Assembly: GCA_030390025.1 (NCBI GenBank)
Contig: CM059432.1
Span: 62,932,001 to 62,996,000, forward strand
From: Squalus acanthias
Lineage: Eukaryota
Direction: 5' to 3'
Length of the DNA stretch: 64,000 nucleotides
Shown here: positions 38,437 through 49,140 of the stretch, piece by piece
Numbering within the stretch: the stretch's first letter is position 1
Layout of the letters: the number at the start of each line of letters is the position of its first letter
Notes under the pieces: model-generated
What the model was told of the DNA's origin: nothing
Database searches by the model: none
What the model saw: only the letters and a program-made list of their open reading frames with translations
Translations under genes and position numbers: made by a program

Positions 38437-38596
38437 GTTGTGAGTAGGTGCATAGAGTGAGGAATGGGTGCACCTTGCAAGGTAGGTTGGTGTGAGGATT
38501 GACATGCAACAGTAGGCTTGGAAAGGCAGAGTGATGGGGTTGGGGTGAAACGCACATCAGGATGTAGTTGAATGTGGCATTGTACTCACTTTTCCT

Positions 38597-39128
38597 GGGT
38601 AGATAAAGGGGCACCAGTGGATGTAGTATATTTGGATTTCCAAAAGGCATTTGATAAGGTGTCACATAAAAGGTCGCTACATAAGATAAGGGCTCATGGG
38701 GTTGGGGGTAATATATTAGCATGGATAGAGGATTGGTTAATGGACAGAAAACAGAGAGTAGGGATAAATGGGTAATTTTCAGGTTGGCAGGCTGTAACTA
38801 GTGGCGTGCTGCAAGGATCAGTGCTTGGTCCTCAGCTATTTACAATCTATATTAATGACTTAGATGAAGGGACCGAGTGCAATGTATCCAAATTTGCTGA
38901 TGATACAAAGCTAGGTGGGAAAGTAAGCTGTGAGGAGGACACAAAAGGACATAGACAGGTTATGTGAGTGGGCAATAAGGTGGCAGATATAATGTGGGGA
39001 AATGTGAGGTTATTCACTTTGGTAGGAAGAATAGAAAAACAGAATATTTTTTAAATGGTGATAAAATATTAAATGTTGGTGCTCAGAGAGATTTAGATGT
39101 CCTCGTACAGGAAACACAGAGAGTTAGC
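38597..39128 (+). mobile_element. CR1 RT internal fragment
   Basis: VDKGAPVDVVYLDFQKAFDKV...[10 protein letters not shown]...KCEVIHFG; highly similar to 22029-22377 and 25280-25420. Confidence 0.92.
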
Positions 39129-39399
39129 TTCCATAGCACTCAATCCAGGTGGGTTATTTCACTGAGACCCATCAGCCATGGTTGAGAAGGCTGTGATTCA
39201 CTTATGTAGCAATGACTAAGTTGTGCCAACTGCCAGACAGCTATGGACGCAACTCGTACGAGAGACCTTGAGCTGAGTAAGATCCAAGCCCACAGGAAAA
39301 TGAGTCCTTCCATTACGGTTCGCTTTTCAGTAACAAACCCAACTTGGCCACTTGCTGACATTGAGCTCTCCTCCACAACTACCAATACTCCATTACACT

Positions 39400-39730
39400 T
39401 CATCTAGAGCCATCCTTTGTTTCTTAACCTGTCCCATTATCATCTCCTTTTGCCTTGAATATCTCTTAATATCTCTTAACCTCTCCTGCCTTCTATCCTA
39501 TCACAGACCTTCCCTTTTGTTCTTTCATCCCCTCCCCCCTTTCCCAGCCCCTACACTTGCTTAAAAATCTGTTCCATTTCCTGCTTTTTTCCAGTTCTGA
39601 CGAAAGGTCATCGACCTGAAACGTTAACTCTCTTTCTCTCTTCACAGATGCTGCCTGACCCGTTGAGTATCTCCAGCATTTTCTGTTTTTATTTCAGATT
39701 TCCAGCATCTGCAGTATTTTCTTTTTGTAC
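39400..39730 (+). mobile_element. Penelope-like element 3' terminus (second family)
   Basis: Pyrimidine-rich UTR, hammerhead motif, then CAGATGCTGCCTGACC...CCAGCATTTTCTGTTTTTATTTCAGATTTCCAGCATCTGCAGTA. Confidence 0.7.
39593..39629 (+). ncRNA. Minimal hammerhead ribozyme motif
   Basis: AGTT-CTGACGA-A-AGGTC-ATC-GACCT-GAAA-CG-TT-AACT: stem I, conserved core, stem II, palindromic AACGTT in place of stem III. Confidence 0.75.
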
Positions 39731-40268
39731 CAATACTCCCATTTGGTGATCACTTTGCTACTCCTTTGTGCAGGCATTCCCTCACCTCACCTCAAATCAC
39801 TCTGAACATATCCTGTCAATGACAAAAAACATCTCACCGACAGCAAATCTGACAATCTTTGTACTGTGAAGACCATCGTGCCTCCCCTTGGTGCCTACTC
39901 TTGTGTGCCTTTTCAATCTGAGCCTCCTATTTGTCCTATAGTGACATGAGGTTCTGATGTAGCTGGCTGATGATTTGTAGCTTTTACCTTTTTTTTAACA
40001 TGGGCCTGGATCAAGTTCTTTGTGGGTCTCCTTCCCTTGGGACCAAAACGATGACTCCTCTTTGCCAGTCTGCCCTAAAAGTAGATTGGCGAGGGGGTGT
40101 GGGACAGGAAGTGATAGTTTCAGTACTGCAAGCTTCAATTCCATGCCAGATCGTCTTCCTTTTATTGTTATGGTGGTTCCACAGCCTTGATCCTGAAAAA
40201 AAAAGGCTAATCTGGGAAGTGCTGCAGAAAGTATGAGTGAAAGAGTACGGGTGGGCCTATGTGGGAAT

Positions 40269-41042
40269 CGTCGTCGACGACGAAGTCCAACACCGCCTTC
40301 AGTGTGCCAGTGCAGCCTTCGGTCGCCTGAGGAAGAGAGTGTTTGAAGACCAGGACCTCAAACCCGGCACTAAGCTCATGGTCTACAGAGCAGCAGTGAT
40401 ACCCGCCCTCCTGTATGCCTCAGAGACATGGACCATGTACAGCAGGCACCTCAAAGCACTGGAGTGGTACCACCAACGCTGCCTCTGCAAGATCCTGCAA
40501 ATCCATTGGCAGGATAGGCGCACCAACGTCAGTGTTCTTGCTCAGGCCAACATCCCCAGCATCGAAGCTTTGACCACGCTCGATCAGCTCCGATGGACGG
40601 GCTACATTGTCCGCATGCCCGATACGAGACTCCCAAAACAAGCGCTCTACTCGGAGCTCCGGCACGGCAAGAGAGCCCCAGGTAGGCAGAGGAAACGCTT
40701 CAAGGACACCCTCAAAGCCTCCTTGAAAAAGTGTAACATCCCCACCGACACCTGGGAATCCCTGGCCCAAGACCGCACAAAGTGGAGGAGAAGCATCCGG
40801 GAAGGCACCGAACACCTCGAGTCTCTTCGCCGGGAGCAAGCGGAAGCCAAGCGCAGGCAGCGCAAGGAGCGCACGTCAACCCAAGCACCCCACCCACCTG
40901 CTCCTTCAACCACCGTCTGCCCCACCTATGACAGAGACTGTAGGTCCCGCATTGGACTCATCAGTCACCTGCAAACTTATTTTTAATGTGGAAGCAAGTC
41001 ATCCTTAGTTCCGAGGGACTGCCTAAGAAGAAGAAGAAGAAG
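40269..41042 (+). mobile_element. RTE-clade LINE 3' fragment
   Basis: ASAAFGRLRKRVF, LLYASETW, QLRWTGYIVRMPDTRLPKQALY, DRTKWR, degenerate C-terminal Zn finger; (AAG)n tail; 10-bp TSD ATGTGGGAAT (40259-68 / 41043-52). Confidence 0.93.
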
Positions 41043-41251
41043 ATGTGGGAATATAACTGGAGTGTGGAGGCTGTAGGACCTGAAGTTGGAAGAGAGCAGG
41101 ATAGTGCCAAGAGCCTAAAACTGGAGCTAGAGGGAGTGCAGGGGGTCCCAAAGGTGGAGGAGTTGGGAGGGCATGTAGTGGGGTCAAGGCACAAAATTGA
41201 AGCAAGAGGGAGTGCAGTAGTTCGAGTGGTTTGGCAGTCACAACACGCGAG

Positions 41252-42927
41252 TGCAACCATCTTCAGCCAGAAGTGCTGAGTGGATGATCCATCTCGGCCT
41301 CCTCCTGAGGTCCCCACCACCACAGAAGCCGGTGTACAGCCAATTCGATTCACTTCACATGATATCATGAAACGACTGCGCACACTGGATACAGTAAAGG
41401 CTGTGGGCCACGACAACATCCCGGCTGTCGTGCTGAAGACTTGTGCTCCAGAACTAGCCGCACTTCTAGTCAAGCTGTTCCAGTATAGCTACAACACTGG
41501 CATCTACCCGACAATGTGAAAAATAGCCCAGGTATGTCCTGTCCACAAAAAGCAGGACAAATCCAATCCGGCCAATTACCAGCCCATCAGTCTACTCACA
41601 ATCATCAGCAAAGTGATGGAAGGTGTCGTCGACAGTGCTATTAAGCAGCACTTACTCACCAATAACCTGCTCACTGATGCTCAGTTTGGGTTCCGCCAGG
41701 ACCACTCGGCTCCAGACATCATTACAGCCTTGGTCCAAACATGGACAAAAGAGCTGAATTCCAGAGGTGAGGGGAGAGTGACTGCCTTTGACATCAAGGC
41801 AACATTTGACCAAGTGTGGTATCAAGGAGTCCTAGTAAGATTGAAGTCAGTGGGAATCAGGGGGAAAACTCTCCACTGGCTGGAGTGATACCTAGCACAA
41901 AGGAAGATGGTTGCGGTTGTTGGAGGTCAATCATCACAGCCCCAGGACATCACTGCAGGAGTTCCTCAGGGCAGTGTCCTAGGCCCAACCATCTTCAGCT
42001 GCTTCATCAATGACCTTCCCTCCAACATAAGGTCAGAAGTGGGGATGTTTGCAGTGTTCAGGTCCATTTGCAACTCCTCAGATAATGAAGCAGTCCATGC
42101 TCACATGCAGCAAGACCTGGGCGACATTTAGGCTTGGGCTGATAATTGGCAAGCAACATTCACTTCACAAAGTGCCAGGCAATGACTATTTCCAACAAGC
42201 GAGAGTCCCTTGACATTCAATGGCATTACCATCGCTGAATCCCCCACCATCAACATCCTGGGGGGTCACCACTGACCAGAAACTTAACTGGACCAGCCAT
42301 ATAAATATTGTGGCTACAAGAGCAGGTCAGAGGCTGGGTATTATGTGGCGACTGTCTCACCTCCTGACTCCCCAAAGCCTTTCCACCATCTACAAGGCAC
42401 AAGTAAGGAGCGTGATGGAATAGTCTCCACTTGCCTGGATGAGTGCAGCTCCAACAACACTCAAGAAGCTTGACACCATCGAGGACAAAGCAGCCGCTTG
42501 ATTGGCACCCCATCCACCACCTTAAACATTCACTCCCTCCACCACCGTCGCACCATGGCTGCAGTGTGTACCATCTACAAGATGCACTGCAGCAACTCAC
42601 CAAGTCTTCTTCGGCAGCACTTCTCAAATCCCGCGACCGCTACCACCTAGAAGGACAAGGGCAGCAGGCGCATGGGAACACCATCACCTGCAAGTTCCCC
42701 TCCAAGTTACACACCATCCTGACTTGGAAATATATCGCCGTTCCTTCATCGTAGCTGGGGCAAAATCCTGGAACTCCCTCCCTAACAACGCAGTGGGAGT
42801 ACCTTCACCACATGGACTGCAGTGGTTCAAGAAGGTGGCTCACCACCACCTTCTCAAGGGCAATTAGGGATGGGCAATAAATGTTGGCCTTGGCAGCGAT
42901 GCCCACATCCCAGGAACGAATAAAAAG
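41252..42927 (+). mobile_element. CR1/L2-group LINE, RT pseudogene with intact 3' end
   Basis: Same family as 5178-6876; [23 protein letters not shown]; ends GGGCAATAAATG...CCCACATCCCAGGAACGAATAAAAA. Confidence 0.92.
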
Positions 42928-45411
42928 AAGACGTCAGTCTCAAAGGCTCAATGGCCACAAAGTACATAACAGAAGCAATAACATTTATTAGAAAGATATT
43001 GGGGCTGATTTTCCTGTCCCTCCTGTTTCTGAGTGCTAGTCAGGCTGAGTGCACCCAAGGTGTGCCTGATCCCACCTGAATTTGTGGGTTCAGGTAATTT
43101 GCTTGGCCTCAACATGCACCTTGTGCAGGTCCGACCCCTGCAGGTGCCTACATCCAGAATTAGGGGCAGGAAGCTTGAGAGTCCTGCAGCAGTAGGAATG
43201 ACCACTGGCCATGGAGCCTTCTGGCTGATTTCTAAAAAAACAGCAGCCACAAGGCCTCGAGTCCTGAGGATACAATGGGTCCATGCAAAAACAAAAAAGC
43301 CACTTCTCTTTTTAGGCTGCCTTTGCCTTGTTGTCTGCAACTTTCAGACTTTCTGATCTGACAGTAGTCCAGTCACAACTTCTTTATATGTGCCTGTGCC
43401 TGAGTGCCCTTCTGACGAACCTAGAGAAGAACGAGGTGGGAAGGCTGGGAACACCCCCTCCCACCCCATTTCTATGTCTGTCCTTAGTCTGCGTCTATTG
43501 TAGGTGAAGGCACTCTAAACCATGCCCCTCCCCAGGTCCCAGAAATCATAGGGCAACATAAATGAGTCAGGATCTATCCCCTGGTGTCACGTCTCTGGGA
43601 GTAAGCAATCCCCAGGCACATAGCACAGGAAAATGTTAGAATGTAGGTTAACAGCTATAAATGAATGTGTTCCTGAGCAGATGTTTTATGCTGTTTGCAT
43701 TCTGGAAATGGCTGATATTAGTATAATTTTTTTTATTGAGAAACCAGGGTTAATGACCAAGACCTAGAGTGGTACAGTTGACAAAATTATGTTCCTGATG
43801 CAGAACGTCACTCAACAGGAGCACATACTGGCAATTCGGGCCTGGGCGTCGGCCTGTTCCATGCGATCTTCTGCCAATTAAAAGTAATGGAGGGAAAATC
43901 ATGCAGGCAGACTGACACCCACACCTGAATTCCCGGTCTGTGCACCATAGTGCAGGATAGTCCCAAGTAGTGGTAGCTTGGGTTTTCCAACCCTGTAGAT
44001 TGTTGGAGCAATGGAAGACTGAGGTAGATAAAGAGTTCCATAAATTTGAAATTCTGGGAAAGAAAGGGTTGCATTAGAAGATAATACAATTAGTTTTAAT
44101 TTTGACGCAGTAAGGGTACAGTGAGAAGGAAAATCACCCAGGATAGTCTATTCACAGCTTAGGAGGAATGTGAGGAAAGTTTAGAGAAGTACTGGGCATA
44201 GTAGCATTGACAAAAGAGGCAAGCAACAATGGTGAGGGGGAGAGAGAGAGAAAAAGAGAGAGGTTTGATGCAAGAAATGAGAGTGGTCACTAATAAGACA
44301 ACAAACATTTTCCTCTTACGATTTACTTCTGCATGTTGCTGCCAGTCATTCGTTTAGGGAGATCTCCTGACTTATTGGAGTGGTAGGCAATTGTGCCTTC
44401 CGCTACTGATTGCCCCAATTTTAATGTTATAATTTCACTGCATAATAAACATTAGGCAAAATAGTTAGCTAGAGAAATGCATGTCAGGTGGATTCTGTCC
44501 ATTTTTGCACCTGTGATGAGAAAAGGGAAGATTTTGTACATATGCTTAGCTGGGCTGCTATTCATTGTTGTTATGTTGTGTATAAAACCACAACATATTC
44601 ATAAATCATCTTCACTGTTAGTCCTGGTGCCAATGAGAGGCCTGGTCTGTCATAGATCAGCTGATTTTTTCCCCTTAGTTAAGTCTGGTTGAACATGAAA
44701 CACAAAGCTGAAATTCGCTCTTTGACTTATTGACCTACAATCAATTACCAGGGGATCACTGCAGTGAAACAGCAGAAGTGTCACAAACTGAATGTTTAAA
44801 CATTTAGAAGCATGATTATTTGAACAAGCAAATGCACTGCTAATAAAAACAATAATCACTGTACCCCATTCTGACTGGACTAGATTAACCGATAAGGCAC
44901 AGTTGTGGCTAATTAATTATTATTGTGACGTCTTTTGAATTATTTTGCTTTTCAGTTTTGACAGGGTCACTGTATTGTGGTTTGGTGCATGCTGCTGTAT
45001 TGTTTATATGTAACATTCAGTTTAAAAGAATAATAACTTTGTCACAGAAACACCCTTTCCACTGACCTTTTCATCATGGATTCAGGCCAATTAAATGTTT
45101 ATTCAGATAGGCCTTTGCTGTGAGACAAAGAAGTCAAAAGCTTAATGATTTGCAAAGAGAGTTCTATTCTGCCTTAGTCTGACTGTTTATATAATCAAGG
45201 CATTCCACAGGACCTCACGCTCAGGCCTGTCTAACTCTTTTCAAGTGGAGCTCACAATTTTCACTGTTTCAGTTATACCTGCCAACAATTAAAATTCAAA
45301 AAAGAATGAGACTGGTGGATATGATATATGGAGATGCCGGTGTTGGACTGGGGTGGACAAAATTGAGAGGTCGCACAACACCAGGTTATAGTCCAACAGT
45401 TTTATTTGAAA

Positions 45412-45449
45412 TCACAAGCTTTCGGAGCTATCGCTCCTTCCTCAGGTGA
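45412..45449 (-). ncRNA. Minimal hammerhead ribozyme motif (minus-strand copy)
   Basis: Exact reverse complement of 45457-45494. Confidence 0.8.
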
Positions 45450-45456
45450 AGTGACT

Positions 45457-45494
45457 TCACCTGAGGAAGGAGCGATAGCTCCGAAAGCTTGTGA
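45457..45494 (+). ncRNA. Minimal hammerhead ribozyme motif (plus-strand copy)
   Basis: TCAC-CTGAGGA-A-GGAGC-GATA-GCTCC-GAAA-GC-TT-GTGA; palindromic AAGCTT replaces stem III. Confidence 0.8.
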
Positions 45495-45997
45495 TTTCAA
45501 ATAAAACTGTTGGACTATAACCTGGTGTTGTGCGACCTCTCAATTTCGGATATGATATAGCCATGGTAAGGTGATGCAGTGTGTGTTTGGGGGCAGGGGG
45601 AGGGTGGGGAGGGAAGGGGAGGTAATGACATGATAATGAAACTATCTTGGTTCATTCAATTTAAAATTAAATGTAGCCACCCCCTTCCCCATACCCCTAA
45701 GGAAAAACATAATCCCTATAACTCCCAGACAGATCAAAACGTTAAAAACCACAATTAGATAAAATAAAGTTTTCAGAAAAATGACATTTTCTTTCTCATA
45801 TAAAGATCATGACAGTTTGCAATTTTCCCATTATGTAAATTTGTATTAAAAAAAATCTAATTTAGGTTAAATATCATGTAGACTTGCCTCTTAAAGTCAA
45901 AGCCTGGAATAACTGGAGAAAAACATGTATTTTTTTTAAAAAGCTGCCAATCTGGAATATAATCAGAAAATATTGGAAATACACAGCAGGTCCCTCA

Positions 45998-47669
45998 TGT
46001 AAGGGGTTTTGTCGTGCTTATATCACAGACGGTGCTGGTGCAAGGTTAGGCCTTCGTTGCCTAATACTATTGCTTGCTCTGGTCTCCGGCCAGCCTTGTT
46101 GCAATAAACACCTGTGAGTGGTTCGACCCACTCGCCCTTACGGTTCTAACACTGGACTTAGGTGCGAGAGCAGTAATGCAGAGAAAAACTCAAATAGACC
46201 CGGTTGAATAGTACGAAATGGAAATCTTTATTGCATAGCGTCCAAGATCATGAAGTACATGTCATAGGCGCAAATTAACGAGAGTACAAGTATACATACA
46301 TTCATAAAGCTTGGTCTATGGTAATGAAGAACGCACGGCACATCGTAAAAAGGGGAACACATTATACTTTATCCTTAATAAAACCACCCTCCCCTATCAA
46401 TACCTACACTACATCTACATTTGTAGGATCGGGAAACATGCTCACCACTCGTGATACTTCGGAGAATTTTAAAGTGAGGCACTCGGCTCGTTTCGCTGCA
46501 GCGCCTGACTGTCACGTGTTTGGAGGGGTCTCTGTACCCCACTTGTTTATCTTTGCTGCTGCGACAAGCAGGCCGGGCTCCCCGTTGTCATGAAGAACTC
46601 GACAGAACTCGGGCACGGTTGTAGAATTCAAAGAAAAGTCTTCCTGTACCGACACCAGTTGTCGGTAGAATTCAATGAAGAGTCTTTCTTGTTGTTATGA
46701 GGAATTCGATGGACCCAAACCAGTTCGTGCAATAACCCGTAGAATTCAAGAAATGAGTTCTATATTTTCGGGCGCGGTCGGGGTTTACTGATCGTGGCGG
46801 CATGTGGATTCTTCTTCTTTTCTTGTCATTTCGTCTTGTCTTTTTGGGCCTTCGGGTCCAGACACCGTTTACCGACTCTCGGGATGGTGCACCCGGTCAC
46901 TTGCCCTTGTCGAGGCGGCTCGTTCCGATTGAGCTCCACCCAACATTCGAAGTCGAATCAAAAGTACAGCAGTCAGCAGTGAGATAAGAGAATAAGAGAC
47001 GATTCGAGCGAATAAGAGCCGAAAATCAAGAGACCGATGGATATTTGTTCACTATAGTTATAGTGCTGTGTTCCCTTATCTCCCGCCCAAATCTTAATGT
47101 TTGTCTTTTGTATAATATTGGCGCTCAAAACTCCCAGCGTGGGGCGATTCTTTCCTTAACGGGTTTCGGTAGTACCTGAAACTGGCCAACTACCCGTTAA
47201 TGTTTTCCCCATTGTTGACCCAGCCAGGATTGTCTCCCTGACTGGTTTTGGGGGCCCCCGAATACTCGTTTAATCACCCGTCGATGTCTCTCTCATTGTA
47301 GAGCCGTGGGGGTATTTGTGTATTGATGTGTCTGGATGGGCCTTCGATTGCCCAGTACAATGAACCTTACTTGTGCATGGAAAACGATTCCAGCACTTAT
47401 ATCTTTTGCTATTGTCACAAATGCAAACAGGTTGCATCCTGTCTTTATCAGTGTTTATCGAGTATGATCCCGTCTTATATTGAAATGTTTATTCGAACGC
47501 CATCTTGTCTGCCCACTGTAATTCTGGAAGCTTCTGCCACGATGCGCGGTGGCCATTTTACAGGCTTCTGTGTCCTTTATATCATGACAGCATTTCGTTT
47601 AAATAAACCGATCAAACGAATCTGCTTCTCTTTTGTTATTTTGAATCGCGATAATTGCGAAACTTTACA
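45998..47669 (-). mobile_element. Solo LTR (1672 bp)
   Basis: TGTAA...TTACA termini; TSD CTCA/CTCA; minus-strand AATAAA near 46227; internal GTAGAATTCAA repeats; sits in a degenerate Penelope-terminus remnant (about 45938-47800). Confidence 0.88.
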
Positions 47670-49140
47670 CTCAGCATCTGTAAAGAGAAAAGACAGGATA
47701 ATGTTTCGACTGGAGAGTTCTGCTGAAGGAGCCAAGCCCAGAATGCTATTAACCTGCTCCTGATGCACCTACTGTGTATTTACAGCATTTACCATCTTCA
47801 CTGCCAGTAATGTCCTTGCTTAAGCTTTGGCCACACATCTGACTGAGGTCTATAGCTGACGTACTTTCTCATGGAGGATCTTTCACAAATTTCAATGTAT
47901 TATGGGCTACACATAACATAATATTCTGAGCTTACGCATATAGAAGACAAATTGATAGCAATGGGCTAAAATTATGCTTTTTCAAATTAGGGAAAACTCA
48001 GAATTGTGAGAATATTCCGATTGATTGAAGAAGGGAAAACTGCAAATTCTATCTTCAAATTGTGAGGGTTAGCAGATCTAACTGTCTCGTAGCTTTGAAA
48101 ATAAACACAGCTCCATATTTTTAAATAGATTTATTTAAAATTTGCCCCATCCTATGCTTGTAAAATCTAATGCCTCATAATTCATTGAGTTGGCATCTAA
48201 GAGGACACTTTAGGCTTAATCTCTGCCCTGGTTACACTGTAACAGAGTTAAACTCAAAAACCTTGTTGTAACTATAAACTTTATATAGGGGTGATTCTGA
48301 GATAGGGTCTGCCAAGTGAACTTTGTATTATATATCACTCATTCTACATTCATACAAGCACATCAACTCATCCCTCTGACCATGGGACATGTGTTTATAT
48401 AACACCAACAACAGGGGTGCTGTAAGTTTCCAGGCTACAGATTGCCAATGTAATGACTTTCAGGTGGGAAGTGGTGTAAATTCATACAGCCTGACGGCCG
48501 CCCTCGGGATCAGGTAAGTGGTGGGACCCTGCGATCGGGGGTGAGGGGGAGAGGGGTGCGGGGGGGGGGGGGGGGGAGGTGAGATTCCGGCAGGGGAAGC
48601 TTAAGCTTTCCTTGTGGGGCCTGGAGGAGCCCACTATAGCAGCTCATTATAAAAGGGGAAGTGATGGTGGGGGACAGAAAAGATGCCCAATTGTTCAGAA
48701 TGGCACAGCGGAGATGAGGCCAGCAGTGCTATTTTTGTAGGGTTCTCAAAATTCCCACATTCCCCAGAGTTATTAATAAGGGGTACCCTAGACAAAGTGG
48801 CTTCTAGACCTCGTGGCAGAAGCCTGCGACATTGAACAGAAACCAGGGCCCTGCAAAAACAGCAAGCCAGGTGACATGCCTGGGTCTGTAAGAGAGTTGC
48901 AAAATTCCCAGACCCCCAAAAGACTCGGAGGAAAAGAGAGAGACCCTAAGAAAAGGGGACTTGGGACATTTTAAAACCAATTGAGTGTATTGGACCAGGG
49001 ACATTTTAAAACATGCCTGGGCAGACCTCAGTACAGAGCTCCGAAAGCTCGTAATTTTAAATAAAACTGTTGGACTATAACCTGGTGTTGTGCGACTTCT
49101 CATTTTTGTCCACCCCAGTCCAACACCGCATCTCCGCATC

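Larger units (their letters stand above)
33651..38596. mobile_element. PIF/Harbinger element C (degenerate, right end lost, nested insertions)
   Basis: Left TIR GGGCTGGAATTTTCA; + transposase; - Myb exons 3 and 2; breaks into a CR1 fragment at the exon-1 boundary. Confidence 0.85.
45329..45547. mobile_element. Palindromic Penelope pLTR insertion
   Basis: Perfect inverted arms 45360-45452 / 45454-45546; 12-bp TSD GGATATGATATA (45317-28 / 45548-59); homologous to pLTR at 52056-52176. Confidence 0.92.

Noticed and set aside
46590..46770. CRISPR-like repeat/spacer pattern
   Set aside because: Repeats are short, degenerate and irregularly spaced, lie in a eukaryotic LTR, and there are no cas genes.
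47700..47745. Additional hammerhead in the Penelope remnant
   Set aside because: Core and stems are too degenerate (CTGAAGGA...AGAATG) to call.
48820..48880. Kunitz-like peptide ACDIEQKPGPCK on the + strand
   Set aside because: Remaining Kunitz cysteines and aromatic residues are absent, there are no splice signals, and it lies inside a solo LTR.
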